A stretch of DNA of 64,000 nt from Eledone cirrhosa (GCA_964016885.1 OZ024743.1:348440001-348504000); one strand, 5' to 3'. Shown: positions 1 to 15,347, counted from the first letter of the stretch. Numbers and translations are program-made. The notes: generated from the sequence alone by a model not told the origin.

Positions 1-122
1 CTGCAGTATTTTTCTCTCTCTATATATATATATACATATATAAAATTCCTGGTGTGATCTTTAGACGAGGGGAATATATATAAATATATATGTATATATA
101 TGCGTATGTACACACACACACG

Positions 123-195
<73 letters not shown>

Positions 196-205
196 GTAGT
201 GTGAA

Positions 206-345
206 GGCGCATGGCTTAGTGGTTAAAGCATTGGGCTTGCAATCGAAAGGTTGTGAGTTCAATTCTCGGACCGGGTGATGTGTTGTTTCCTTGAGCAAGA
301 CACTTTATTTCGCGTTACTCCAGTTTACTCAGCTGTAGAAATGTG
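206..345 (+). mobile_element. tRNA-derived SINE with CORE-like central domain (octopus OR-type)
   Basis: A-box TGGCTTAGTGG and B-box GAGTTCAATTC, followed by CORE-like GTTGTTTCCTTGAGCAAGACACTTT...ACTCAGCTGTAGAAATG; follows a (TA)n tract. Confidence 0.8.
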
Positions 346-3300
346 TACCGGCCTGCCCGCCCAGCCAGTGGGATAGCGTTATCTTATGGCTAAAACAGCA
401 CGACGTGCTGGTTGGTCAAGGTGATATAGTGGTAGAACACTGGAAGGTAGTATCCGTAGTGGTAGAGCACTCAGTCCATTGGATGAGTTAGATTACGAGC
501 TGAGTATCCGCTAAAATGAAACAATTGTTCTCGGTATGGTGAACTAACTGTTGTATAACCACTTCTCTCTCTCTCTCTATATATATATATATGTATTTAG
601 ACGAGAAGAATATTTTGTGTGTCAGTCCTCAATTTGCCATTTTGTCTCTGGATAGTACTCGCACACCCTTCTGTTATTACTTTATCTGAAAATCTTTTCT
701 CAATTTAGAATCTTTTGAAAATGTAGACACAATTCCAACAGATTCGCTTTTTGCTCCATAGAGAAATGATTGTGCATTAGTTTTGTAGAAATTTCATTTT
801 TATCCAAGCCCGGTTCTTCTCCAAACATCTTAACACTTAATCAGCGATTGTACGCCATAACCGCCCGCCACATGTCCCCTTTTGTTCATTTGTGGTCCAA
901 ATTGGTGTTCTAGAACAAGGTTTCTCATCAACATTTTCTCTGCCCTTTTTTTAAAGCATTGTGCCACTTAAAAATAATAGTTCTCAATAGAGTGGCATCT
1001 CTATAAGCTTGTGTTAAAGAACTAAATATTTTGGTTGCAGATTTTATGAGTTTCACACAAAATTTAATCATGTATCTTTGTTCGCTATTTTCCTACAACA
1101 CAAACATAGCAGGAGTTATATATATATATATATATCTGTACACAAACAGCAATAATTCACGACTGACTCAATCAATCATTTTGAAAGACTTATGTACGTA
1201 CAGCTAATGTTTAAACCAACACGTATCAATGTGGTGCTGCATTACCATGTCGAACCTAGGAAAATCAGTACCCTTACTTTGGGGACAAACCGCGCATGTA
1301 TACATGTGTGTGTGTGCCTGTATCTGTGTTCACGGAGAGAGAGAAAGAGAAAGAGAATATTAGTGAGAGAAGTAACGATGGGGGTAAGTGAAAGAGAAAA
1401 AGAAACAGAGAACTGTGTACAAATAGATGTGCGTATATGTCTTCCCCAAGGTACAGAGAATACTGGTGAAAAAGTGAGATAGATATAAATGTCAACATAT
1501 ACATATCAAAAAATAGGATAAAAAATATTCCAAAATAATGTGCTTGAGATAGGAAACATTTCCATCCATCTTGGAAAGTTTGTCTTTTGGTTGTGATCTA
1601 CTTTCTGTCAAAAATCATGTGCTTACTGACAGTACACCATTCTCAGCGCCACATTTTTAAAAGAAATCACGCATACGCATCCACTTGAAAGACAGTCTTA
1701 CGCGATTTACAGTGACAGTCGCCATTCGTAGAAAATAATTTTATGAAGAATGATGAATGTGTAAAGAAAGTCCCAATAATTTTTCTGCAGCTATCTTCTG
1801 CGATGGCCGTAGTAATGCGTGAAGCAAACAATTTGTCAGATTTGATCCACGTGGAAACGGCAATCTTCAAGACGCTAAGCTGAAATCATATGGGCAAAGA
1901 TTGTTATAGAAACGTGATATGAATAATGAAACACAAAAGACAGACTTTCAATATCTGAACATACTTTTTTGTTTTATGTTTTACTTTTATTTTTATTAAT
2001 TTTGTTTCTACTTCTACTATTTCCGTCAGAATTTTCTGGACAATATTTGATGACAAGAAAAGAAACTTGATTTATTTTTTATTCCTTATTATATATTTAT
2101 TTTTATTATATCACAGACAAGATAATATATAAAATAAAAATAGTAGGAATTAAAATAAATTCATTAATAAATTAATTTACTAAATAAAAGTCATTTATTA
2201 TATTTCTTTTTTCGTGTCAGAACTACAGATAAATAAACAAAAAAAAAATCAACAAAAATTGTCAAATATCGCTCTTTAATATACGCACACTTGGTTACGT
2301 GAATGTCGAGAGATGTAGTCTGATAGATGATAGTGTCAGTACAATAGGTTGGAAGACGTATACTAAAAGTCGAGTCAGTTACGCAGTTTCAATTCCTGCC
2401 TACACAAAACACCCTTTTTCTTTGGTTATTCATGTGTAGTCGTTGTTAATAATCTGGGTTGTGGAATGAGACTAGATAAGAGCAGCTGATGTGAATATGA
2501 GTGCTGTACTTATTTTCAGGATTGTTGTTTTTCTTGTTGCTGGTTGTGGTGGTGAAGATGATGGTGATGGTAGCCGTTGTTTGTCTTGTTAGCTGGGCTA
2601 AGTGTGTTGCTATTGGCGTTGAATCTCATATTAATGATAACCATGATCAGAATTGTTCCTCAGACGATCTTTAAAGGTTACTAGACACAGATGGTTGCGT
2701 ATATACAAACTGATTCCGAGTCGATCGTTCATAACTTGGCGTCAGTGTGGATCTGTGCTTGAGATCAAAGCGCTCCATTCTGTTCATATATTAATCAACA
2801 ACATTGAAGTGGTAAAAACGATAGTCATTCTATTGATAATTCAACTCATTCCCTGTGTTTGCGATGTTCACGTGGTACGCATATCTGGACATATTTCACA
2901 CTTAATGTTTCTATTGGGGAACCTTTATATTATTGAAATAGTAACACCAATTTTTACCAGTACAGTGCTATTGATAAATATATGGACAGGATACCTAGTG
3001 GTAAATAGTTAGGTCGTTGTATAATTAAAATCTATTTCCTGGTTAGTTCGAATTTTCATTTCGACTGTCCTGAGTCAATGAAATAAATACCCATTAAGTA
3101 TAAGCATAAATTCTGTATATTGCCTTATATATGTGTGCATATTATCTTTGTTACAAATCAATGTTATGGTTCTATGCAAGCAGATAATCGTTTGTATATA
3201 TGTACATTTCAAGTACCTAGGTCATATATGTACATCTTCGGTGGCGGTGAGAATCCAACACTACATGGGTTTTTGTGATACAAATGCATAATCTAAATCT

Positions 3301-4130
3301 ATGAAGTTAACAATTTCTACCCGCTGGTACTTACTAAATTCTAGTAGACAGACTCTTTTTAGATATGCTTTGGCTACTCACAGAAAGTACTGTTCTTAAG
3401 ATATAAAGCTATATTTTAATAGAGTAATAATTTATATTGCTTGAATTGCTATATATATTGTGTACGAGAAATGGAATTATCCGAAAAAAAGAATATCCGT
3501 CAGAAATATTGAGAGAAAAATCTAATAAAGAAATGATTATGTGTGAAAAAAAAAATCTTCAAAAAAGCTTTGCCAAAACCTAAGGAATAAATAGCTTCTT
3601 GCTTTTACAATCGCTGTCGGCCATATTGATACAATGTCTGTAATAATTTAAAGAGAAAGATAACACATTTAAAACCAATCAAAAATAGAATGAAGAATGA
3701 AAGATTCATATATAATGAAATCTGTGCAGTTAGTGGAACATTATTGCCTGATAGCAACGTTTGGCAGGCAATCTTCCAGATCTGCTCGTTTGCCATATTA
3801 TCAAAAAACACTACACGCTCCGTTAAGCCCTAAATGACCTCAAATAAAACAAGGATAGGTGTTAATTAGTCCATTGTTTTATGACCATTTCGATATAATT
3901 TGATGGAAATTTAGCCGCGACAAAATGCATCCATTCTGCTAGCGATTCTCAGAAATATTGTTTTAGATATCGGACTCTGTATATTTCGAATACTCAATGA
4001 CATCATATACAATACCGACTTTCCACAGAAAGTAAAAACAAAACAAGTTCGCATTGTTTCGGTGGGGTATTCAGATCAGCATTGCATTAGTTTGTGATAA
4101 GTTTAAATCCTATCTTAATTGAGAAGTAAA

Positions 4131-4179
<49 letters not shown>

Positions 4180-4182
<3 letters not shown>

Positions 4183-6520
4183 TTAGTTAAGCAAAACAAG
4201 ACGACAAATTTCACAAGGAAGACATTATTAAAAGATTGTCAACATAGTTTTTGTTTAATGTCCGTTAACAATTGTTTCGCTACTCCATATAATGTTTGTG
4301 GATCAAATGATTATAGATCATCATTGATCTGGTTCAGTTGACGATAATTAACTTAAGTACAATTAGAGCAGCTCATCGGAACTTCAAAAGGAATATAAAT
4401 TAAAATAAAGAAAGAATGTTACATGAATGTAATGTTCCATATATGGTATTTCACTATGGTGTCCTGGGTATATCTATTATCTGCCATAGTCGAGCAGTAT
4501 TCTTCTGTCGATGCTGCATTGTATTAGATCTGCCTATGGGTAACAATATGGCCGTCGATGGATATTTTTACCTTACTAATTAGAGGGTGGTTTCAGGAGA
4601 AGTAACTGCTCGAGAAATTAGAAATTGTGGGTAGTTTATAGTTAAGAAGTGCTACTTTTTTAATTGAGAGACAATGTAAGGGTGGTAACTTATAATTATC
4701 TAAGTTAGCTATAACTATTTAACTTATTAGCTATAAGTAAAAATGGGACTACATGACAATGTTGGGTCAAATATTCTCTTGGCGAAGGAATTAGCCCTTC
4801 GATGTTGACAGCTAATAGTTACCTCCGTTCTATCGTTAATCGTTAGAGGTCGTGATAGAGTTACGTAATATGCTTCGGTAAGACAGAGGTCACAAGAATC
4901 TCTTCGTCCATTGAACGGTTGGGCCCTAGCCAAGATATCCCATGTTAGTGAGTGTTCAATATTGGTTAATTTAAGGTTTTTAATGAGCCTAGCTAGAGAT
5001 GTCGAACATCTGTTGTTAGGGTCTCGGAAGGAAAAAGTGAGCGCGTTATAGCGTACCTTAAAAGGGTTAGAGGTAGAGCCAATATAGGAGCTGGTATGCG
5101 AAGCTGTTTTAACTGTGCACCTATAAACTATATTGGGTGTCAGGCATTATCCATTTAGTGGGCATGCATTATGGTAACGGCAGTTGCAGTTACTTCTGCG
5201 GTTAGTGAGAGTAGGGTTGTTTAAACTATGCGGTTGGTGCGTGCTAGAAGGATTAGATGGGGGAGGTGTGCTACTAGAGTAAGTATTGGTTTAGTGGCAT
5301 GGTGTATATGATGGGGGGGGGGGTTCCGCGGTGTGGGAGTTATACTGTCTTAGTTTATGATGGTTACTGAATGCGATGTGGCTAGCTAGGTTAGGTGTTG
5401 TGGAGAATGAGATTTTAATGTTGTTTTTATTAAAGAGTTTGTAATATTTATGGCTGGGGGGGGGGGGGGATGTTTATATAGGATAGAGAAGAGGCGTTTA
5501 GGGATATTAGAGGCTAGATTAGATGAGAATGTGGTTTAAGCCAGATGATATTTCTAGGCCTATTCTTTCTAGGGGTTCTAGTGGAGTTGGTAGGGGCCTT
5601 CATTTGGTTATTATTACCTGGGCATTTGTTATTTGTCATCTCATTGCTCATTCCTATTCTAGGGTTGAGTTTTAGTTTGCTACTTGGTGTGGGAAGTAGG
5701 CCACTGCCACATATACGGTTCCCTGTATAGGTGCTGTTACTGCTAAAATTCAGGCGAATCTGGCTATATGATAAGGTATTTTTAGTTGTAGTGTTAAGTT
5801 TACTATGGTTGTGGTGAAGTGCTGTGTTATGGCATTTAGGTATGTAGTAAATGGACTGTTCATAACCAGATTCAGAAAGAACGTTATTATAATATGCCGC
5901 ATGGTTTATAAATATCTCCTCATTTGCTGATCGCATGGAAATCCTATACGAGATAGATTTGATTACTGCTCTGATGACTGCCGGTGGGTTGTTAGTGTGT
6001 GGGCTAATATATGTAAGTATATAAGTTATTGTTAAGATCTAGGGTAACCACCAGGAAGTTTACTAGTTTATGGTTCGGCTCGATGGTGATAGAGAGACCG
6101 TTATTTTTAAAGAATCTATGTAATTGTTTTTTGAGCAAGTCAATGCCTCGATTAGTGCAATTGTGGACTGCAAATAGGGCGTCGTCCCTATATATTCCGC
6201 CTTGCAAGGGTTGGATTTCAGCTCTGATGGTATGTAATAGGTAAATTCCAACTAAATCGGTGATTTGCGCAGAGTCGCTTGTGCCCATAGTGATGTCAAA
6301 GTTGTCTGTTCTGTCTTTTCTAGTCCAGGGTGCTCCATTAAATTCAATGATGGTCTGCCTAATCATAAGTATGATGTCAATTTCATTATTGGTTGTGTCA
6401 GAGTTGGTGCTGGCTGGGGTTAATGCTTTGTTTAGCAGTGCCGGGGTTATTGAAGAGTAGTAGCTGTCAATGTCAAATTGGAGGAACCTCATAGATTCCT
6501 TGGAACCAGCCACCTAGCTG
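4180..6520 (-). mobile_element. Penelope-like retroelement (Naiad-like), 5'-truncated and decayed: RT, linker, GIY-YIG endonuclease and 3' pseudo-LTR
   Basis: ORF 6004-6513 has FDIDSYYSSI, FDITMGTSDSAQITDLVGIYLL and GIYRDDAL. ORF 5514-5936 ends RNIIW. NCNCRYHNACPLNG lies near 5150-5190 and YIGST near 5080. ORF 4727-4933 has CDLCLTE...INDRTEV...CQHR. Frameshifts and stops present; the 3' end abuts (TA)n. Confidence 0.9.
4264..4382 (-). ncRNA. Type I hammerhead ribozyme motif, CCGAUGA core variant with long stem II insertion
   Basis: Minus strand: GTT-CCGATGA-GCTGCTC-(~80 nt)-GAGTAGC-GAAAC-AATT-GT-T-AAC; stems I, II and III can all pair; lies in the Penelope pseudo-LTR. Confidence 0.65.
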
Positions 6521-6640
6521 CCTTCCACTGCATATTGCACATTGATCACATGCCTTTACGCGTTGGCTTCTAACTAATTCACCAATCTCTCTTCTCCTCT
6601 CCTATCTCCATCTCTCTCTTTAAGATTGGTTACTCTTGAA

Positions 6641-6721
<81 letters not shown>

Positions 6722-7189
6722 GAGAGAGAGAGAGAAAGAGATAGAGAGAGAGAATTTCAATTCAGCTTCAGGCATAGTGGTATACATATATGTATTGGAG
6801 TTTCGTATTTCATAAGAAATGCAGTATGTTTAAAATAAACCTTTGGAGAACCGTAGCTATGCCAAAACACCAGCGACTAGCACCGTCTGGCGGTGTGCAG
6901 CAGAAATAAGGGGGACAATCGTGGATGCGCATTTCGAACGGAACTGGTTCTCATGAGCACGATCCCTCCCACTCTTGCAATTGCTGGACTTTGAAAACAG
7001 GCGAGAATATATGTTTTTTTCGTCTGTGTATAACCCTTTTACTTGTTCAGGCCGACTGGCTAAGGCGAGAAATATACATACATATTCTGAAGGACTTATA
7101 ACCTTAATAAAAATCGATGTAGTGTTGATGTGTATATCAATCGAAGATAGAGAGCATGACAAGGCAGAAACTTTATTCTCTCCAACTCA

Positions 7190-7580
7190 GCCGTGAACGC
7201 TATATCATCTGCAAGATGTGGAGAATATTACATCAACATTGCCCATATGATGTTGACATCACCTTTAAAATACACGCATCTCACAACAACAATACGGCAC
7301 AATTATTTCACCTCCATTGGCCGTGCTCTCTTTAACATTACACCAAAACACACTAAAACATAATCAGACACCATAAAATTCAGGAGGCTTTTGGACAAAT
7401 TCCTTCAAGAAATCCCAGATAAACCTCCTACACACGGCTATGTCTCCGTAAACAATAACATTCTACTTGAGTGGGCTATGGTGTCCAAATCCTGATTTGT
7501 AAGACTTCATAAGGTGGCGATATTAAGTTAGACATGGCCTGGGCCAATACTGGCTGAAAACTATCAAACTTATCAAAGTA
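7190..7580 (+). mobile_element. 3' end of a CR1/L2-group LINE, degenerate
   Basis: Translates to ...GRALFNITPK...FRRLLDKFLQEIPDKPPTHGY..., typical of CR1-group ORF2 C-termini; ends in a short AACT(T)ATCA repeated tail. Confidence 0.6.
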
Positions 7581-7604
7581 ATATGTTAACCTTTACCCCC
7601 CCCC

Positions 7605-8506
<902 letters not shown>

Positions 8507-8510
<4 letters not shown>

Positions 8511-10684
8511 TTAGCCCCTGTGAACCTTTCGTACTCCTCCAGTAAGGTGCCGACTGCCTCGATTTCGGAGGCCGTCGACACCATTACTGTCACGTCATCG
8601 GCGTAGGCCGACACCGCTTTCCGCAATCCCGGTTCCAAAGGGATGCCCTGCAACAACTCCAACTTCCGCAGTAGTGGCTCGAGAGTCAACACATACAGAA
8701 GGGAAGAGAGAGGGCACCCTTGTCGGATGGACCGCGCTATTTTGAACGGCTCCGAGAAGTAGCCGTTCACCTTGACGCTAGAGCAGATGCGGCTGCTGTG
8801 CATAGCAGTGATCCAGCCCCTGAAAACGGGTCCGAAGCCTGCCGCCGCTAGCACCGCATCCAGGTAACCATGGTCGACCCTATCGAACGCCTTAGATTGA
8901 TCCAAGTTGATCAGAGCCCCACCAAAGCCGGGTTCGTTCCCAACCCTCTCTATGATGTATCGCATGAGGTGGAGGTTGTCATGGATGGACCTGGACGGGA
9001 TAGCGCATGTCTGCGCATCTCCCACCAGGTTGCCCACGACAAGCGCCAACCTCTTTGCTAGCACCTTGGCCGAAATCTCTAACTCTGTATTTAGCAGAGT
9101 TATGGGCCTGAAGTTACTTATTTCGTCCCCCTTGTTCTCGTCCTTCCTCACTAGCGTGACTACGCCCTTGGTCACAGTACAGGGAATTCTCCCGTTCTGT
9201 TGCCAGTTGCAGTAGACCGCCTCGAGGAGATCGGGGACCAAGTCCGACATAGCTAGATATAATTCGTAAGGAAGACCATCGAGACCCGGGGATTTGCGTT
9301 TGCCGCATTGGCTCAGCACGTCCTCTATCTCAGCGGCCGAAATCGGCTCCTCGCAGGACTTCGCCTCCCTGTCCGAGAGGCGCGGCAGGCCGTCGAGGTA
9401 TGGACCGAAGTCCACGTTCCCAACCGTCTCCCCGCCTCTCCCGAACAGTCGGGAAAAGTGCCTTTGAAAGGCCTCACACATCTGCTTAGGCTCAAGAATC
9501 GCCCGTCCATCCAGGTCTCGCAAAGACCGGATGGTGGATTTAGTTCCACTGTTGGCCTCTGTCACGCGGGCCCAGCCAACAGCTTTGGTCCCCTCGTTCC
9601 CTAGAGCACGTATTTTACTTCGGACAACGCAGCCTTCGTGCTTCGCGTCGAAAAACTGGCTCAAAGCCGTTCTCGACGCTAGCACTCTGGCCACGTCGCC
9701 GCTTCTAATAGCCTCTTCTACTCTATCTATTAGCTCCCTTTCCTTCCTATTCCTATCCGCAGCTAGAACCTTACTAAATTCTATCGAGACTACTCTAATC
9801 TCTCTCTTTAGAGATACCCACCACCTGCTGTTAACGATCGCTCCAGTCAACCGTTCCTTAACTAACGTATTAATCCGATCCCTGTAGGCTCTACTTGCCG
9901 GCAAGGTCAAGTTGAGCTTCCAGTAACCGGGGCCCTGTCTATGCGTTCTATCAAGGTTGACCATGCAGGTCACCAACTTTTGGTCTGAATAGCCAACCAT
10001 GAGCATTTCTGGACAACTTAAAACGTCCCTGTCCTTATTTCTAACTAAAAATCTATCTAGATACGACCTAGATGATCCGCTGCGATTTGACCAAGACCAG
10101 GTTGGCACCGTCGGAAATCTAGTCGAAATCTATCGGCCAGGTCAAATTGGCCGAGTAACCCCTTGAGGCTGTTGCACCCCTCTCTATCGGGACATGCCCC
10201 TGCATAGTCCCAACGTGCATCCAGGATACCATTCCAATCCCCCACTAAGAGCAGGGAATGGGACGTCCCTAGAAAAGACTCCAGACGCTGGAAAAAGTCG
10301 GACCGCTCAGTCCCAAAAGGGGCATATGCGGCTACCAGCCTAAAGGCTCTACCTTCACCACTGCCAAGGTGCAGCACCACCAGTCGACCCCCCTGGGTCC
10401 AAGTGAACTATCTGTGTTGCAAGGCCCATATGTTTTTGCAGCAGAACGACAACTCCACCCCCACCTCCGGGCTGACAGAGAGATGCGTGCATCTCAAAGT
10501 CTTCAAAGGTGGGGGCTAGCTGTCGCATGCTGCTGATCCGGGCCTCGCAGATAACCATCACATTTATAGATTGTGACCTGAGGTCATTTAGAAGCATTGC
10601 TTGCTTCCAAGATGAGCCCAGGCCACGCGCATTTAGACACCCTACTCTTAGCACAGTCATGTTGGTGGTAAGGAGAAAAGGCAC
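8507..10684 (-). pseudogene. LINE ORF2 (APE endonuclease plus reverse transcriptase), frameshifted and truncated after the YADD motif
   Basis: Motifs LRVGCLNARGL, LLLVGDWNG, SYLDRFLV, GPGYWKLN, KSPGLDGLPYELY, NFRPITLLN, LDQSKAFDRVDH, IRQGCPLS and AYADD are split over three ORFs (10355-10684, 10057-10380, 8507-10108). Confidence 0.95.
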
Positions 10685-10715
10685 TTACCTCTCTGCGTCC
10701 CGGGAAACGGGCCGC

Positions 10716-12396
10716 TCAATTTCCACGCTGGTTGGGGATGGGTTGTTGGGTGGGGTGATGGTTTGTGGAAGTGAAGGGCATCGGTGTGTTGTGGGGTTGG
10801 GGTGTTTGTGGTTGAGTGTGTGTCTGGGTGGGGTGGGGGTGGGTGAAATTTTTTAGGAGGACGCGGTTGATTGGCTTGGCGCAGTACACGTCCTCCGTGA
10901 AATTTATTTTCAGTGTTTTGTACAAGTGCACTGGGACTTTATTTATTTTCAGTGTTTTGTACAAGTGCACTGGGACTTTTATCCTTTTTAAATGAGGTAG
11001 TCCCATAGCAGTTTTAAAGTTAGGCCCTTCGGTTTGGACCGAAGGGTTTGCTGAAATTGTTTTCCGTAATTCTTTGTTGTCTGTGTTCATGTATGTATAT
11101 TGTAAGGTCTTTTTTTGTGTAGCAGATAGTGTTGTGTGACAGGGAGGGGTGGTTTGTGTGTAGTTTGTGTTCTCTTGGGGGGGGGGGTTAAAGTTAACAT
11201 GTGTGTCTGTGGTCCGTCTCCTCTTCTTTCTCTTTACTTGTTGGAAGGGATCTTTTTCGTCTTGCGACGAAAGGGGTTCGTCTTCCTTGTTGGGTGGGAG
11301 GGGTATGTTTTCTGGTAGTGTTTGCGGTGTGTGTGTTTTTGTATTTGTTTTGGGTGGGGAGGGATTGGGTGGGACGGTATTCTGTGTTATTTTTTCACGT
11401 GTTTGTTGTTGTTGTTGTTGTTGTGGTGGTGGTGGTGGTGGGGTTGTTGGTTTTTGTTGTTGTTGCTGTTGTGGTTGTTTTTGTTGTTGTTGTTGGGGCG
11501 GTGTTGGTGTTGGTAGCAGTGTTTTTTTCTGTGTGAACTGGGGACAGGCAGCCCTCAGGTGACCTCTATTGCCACAGAGGTAACAGGAGGGACGCCTACC
11601 CTCCACAATAATGTTGAGGTGGGTACGGTCATCCAGCATGACGCGCTCAGGGATTTGGGCGATGCGTTCTGGCCTTATTTGGGTCAGAACTTCGATGCTC
11701 GTTCCACTGAACGCGTCGCCGGATGCCTTCCCTATTGAAATGAGGTTGTCCTCGTCTAAATTGAAGAAGCCGGTTAGTAACCACTAGTAGTTTATGTTTG
11801 GGATGATGGTGGTTATCCATATCCTCTGGGTTTTTTTACCCATGTAGGTGGGGAAGAAGGTGTAGTGTGTGGACCGAATTGGCGACACAGAGTATTTTTT
11901 CGCCGCCAATTCGTCTTTCATCAATATGGATAAACTCCCATAGAGTTTATCCTTTTGTATAAAAGTGATGTGTCTCATCGCGCCTTTCAAGACTAACTGA
12001 ATTTCGGCTTGAGATGGTTGCGCTGGTTTCTTTGTTTTATTTAAAATTGTTCGGAATACGACAGTTCGTAATTCCGTCTGTTTTTTTAGTTCTGGAGGTG
12101 AATGTATAGAAAACGAACCGTTTTCGCCAAAAGATACATATTTCTTGGCTTTTTCCAGCATTTCTTTTGCTTTTGAAATATCTTCAAGCACATACGCGAC
12201 TGATAATTTAGCCGTTTGTGCAAAAGATATTTTGTTTTCGCTTTGGATTTTAGTATTGTTTTGTTTCTCGTCGTTTGAGTTATTTTCATCTTTGTTGTTG
12301 TTGTTGTCTTTCTCGTTTGGTTGTTGTCTTTCTCGTTTGGTGTGTGGGTACTTGTGACGTTTGTGTTGTTGTTGTTTTTGTTGTCTTTATTGTTGC

Positions 12397-12443
<47 letters not shown>

Positions 12444-12616
12444 TCAAATTCTTGTGTAGTTGTGGCTACATCTAGTGGTCGGTCAACAGGTGAAGACAAT
12501 TCTTCCTCTCTCTGACCTCTGCCTTTGGCATCTGCTGCTCTGACAGTGGCAGGGGGAAGCTGTGAGTATGACTTCCCCTTTCCTTCTTTGATTGATGGTG
12601 AAGATGCTTCAGCCAT
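10716..12616 (-). pseudogene. LINE ORF1 (gag-like nucleic-acid-binding protein with CCHC knuckle), disrupted
   Basis: Probable start MAEASSPS at 12616; CYLCGNRGHLRAAC (CX2CX4HX4C); Gln/Pro/Thr/Asn low-complexity tracts; 39-bp internal duplication (KVPVHLYKTLKIN twice); one frameshift and one stop. Confidence 0.85.
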
Positions 12617-12644
12617 TTTTCTCAAAATAGGGTTTTTCAGATAG

Positions 12645-12675
<31 letters not shown>

Positions 12676-12924
12676 GATCGATCGATAGACAGATAGGTAA
12701 GTAGGTAAATAGAGACAGGGATATAAATAAATATATATTTGTACTCGAAATGTGTATGCATATGTGTGTATTAGTGGTTGCGGAGACCGGATAAAAAGAA
12801 AGAAAACGTAAGTAAATGTCCAAATATGCATAGATATTTAGAAATAGAGATAATATTTAATTATATCCTCTACATTTATGAATGTAGAATACTCCATCCC
12901 CTTACTTCCTATCTCCCCCTGTTT

Positions 12925-12958
<34 letters not shown>

Positions 12959-13058
12959 CTCTCTCTCTCTCTCTTTCTATCTGTCCTTCTCTCTCCTTTC
13001 ACTTCTCTCATTCATTTTTGCTCACTCGCTTCATATATGAATACATACATACATACTT

Positions 13059-13128
<70 letters not shown>

Positions 13129-13335
13129 TATATATATATAAAGACGAAATACCTCTGATGATTGAATCGCATCTTCCGTAGCTTTAGCAAAGTCGCTAGT
13201 AGCTGCTCGGTGGTCAATTGCTTAGATCGATATTTGTCATGGTTTTCGAATCATAATATGGTACCGTATGGACGGAAGAATTTTCCGCCTAGAAGTACAT
13301 ATCTTCCCTAAATATGATGTGTTTTATATATGTAA

Positions 13336-13550
<215 letters not shown>

Positions 13551-13935
13551 TTTCACTCTATCTTTTAATTTGAAATATTGACGTTCAGGGCAAATGTACA
13601 TTGAGATTTTCTACTGAGAAACACAAGCATCATACACATTATATATGTTGCCATGACTTAAATTAATATACATATATATATAAAGATAAATATATGTATA
13701 TGTGTGTGTTCGCATGTGTGTGTCTATTCGTTGGCGTTTTTTTTATTTATATAAGCCTACACACATTTTACTACATATCTTGCTTTTTTTTCCTTCCACA
13801 TCAGTGATATGTCTTCTGTCGGAATGTATATAGTATATGATATTTATGGCAGATTACAGATATCAGTTTATAATGTACATGTAAGTAACTCCATAGACAC
13901 GACGACCAACCTATAATTCAGCCTCTTAAATATTG

Positions 13936-13989
<54 letters not shown>

Positions 13990-14006
13990 TTGTGTGGAAA
14001 TACTTG

Positions 14007-14119
<113 letters not shown>

Positions 14120-14337
14120 GTATGTATGTAGGTAGGTGGGTATACATCATACTGTGATAGCATTGCAGACATTTTTGACGTCATTGCTAACATAAAAATT
14201 TGGTTTGTATATTCATCTTTTTCTCAGACCTTCATATTTTATCATTTATTAGCTAAATATATTTTCTTCAATTTTGCGCTCACTGATATGATTCTAGCAA
14301 TGCCTTTATCAGTTTTAGTCTAAAATGGAGAAATGAA

Positions 14338-14465
14338 GGTGGTGAATTGGCAGTAGGTGTTTTGAGCGTCGGATATACTACCAAAGCTCCGGTATTCCAA
14401 TTTTACGTCTCGTAATTAAATATGGTTTTCATTCTTTTCACGTGAACGAATAAAGTACCAGTCAA
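14338..14465 (+). mobile_element. Degenerate OK-type octopus SINE
   Basis: GGTGGTGAATTGGCAG...GAGCGTCGGA...AATAAAGTACCAGTC resembles the better-preserved copies at 33665-33884 and 45099-45283. Confidence 0.55.
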
Positions 14466-15235
14466 TTATTCTTTTGAATCTCTGTCTCTCTTTCTATCCC
14501 CCCCCCCTATCTTTCTCTCTCTTTCGCTCTTTCTTTATTTCTCTCTCTCGCTTGCTTTCTTAGTCTTTTTCTTTGATATACACTCTCACTCATTCCCTCA
14601 CTCTCGCAAGGTGAATAAGGTCCCCCACAAGGTATGATTACCCAATAAATTCTAACACGACAGAATAGTCTATGACAAAAAAAAGAAAATGCACACACAC
14701 GCACTACCATGTACAGATACACACGCACAAAGTACTATATATAGTGAGAGATTGTGAGTTACTAGTTTAGACTAGTAAGAATTGTTTGCCACTTTACTTA
14801 GGAATATTGTGTTTAGGTATTATCTAGATACATTTATTTTAAATTTGAAAGGAGCATTACCGGTTTTTTACTATGAACACTAGTCAAATAAGTTGGGCAT
14901 ATAAACCATCAAGAGGAAAATGTGTACAGCACCGACAGTGGGACACAAACCTACATATGCAGTACACGGTTTCGTCTTCCTTACCATTTACAAAGCGCTA
15001 ATCACAAATATTCCCGCTATATTAAACAGGCAGTAAATACAAACAATTTATTTTTAGAACCTTTGAGCGATAACAGGTTTTTATTTTATTTTGAAAGTTG
15101 GGCATATTAAACCGGAAGACTGAGGGTTGGGCTGTATACCCAAAGACTGTTTTTTATAGTCAAACAACGTTGATGCTTCTTCCAAATTCGAAAACTTACT
15201 ATCACTCAACAGTGTTACACACACACGCCTACAAT

Positions 15236-15347
<112 letters not shown>

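Noticed and set aside
206-280. tRNA gene
   Set aside because: The A and B boxes run directly into a SINE core domain; the tRNA-like heads in this window are SINEs.
2653-3012. 119-aa plus-strand ORF, or a recoded antisense frame
   Set aside because: No recognisable domain and a non-ATG start; the antisense frame contains all three stop types, so a variant genetic code is not supported.
4727-5200. Selenocysteine (UGA) recoding, as reported for some Naiad Penelope elements
   Set aside because: The conserved Cys positions I read here, near 44060-44115 and near 27410 are TGC or TGT. The nearby in-frame stops I checked are TAA or TAG, consistent with ordinary decay.
13150-13180. Isolated CTGATGA or GAAAC boxes (also near 26000, 28630, 32905-32942, 46920, 47990-48020 and 50395)
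   Set aside because: One core box or a credible stem is missing in each. Some are probably decayed Penelope HHRs, but they cannot be supported individually.
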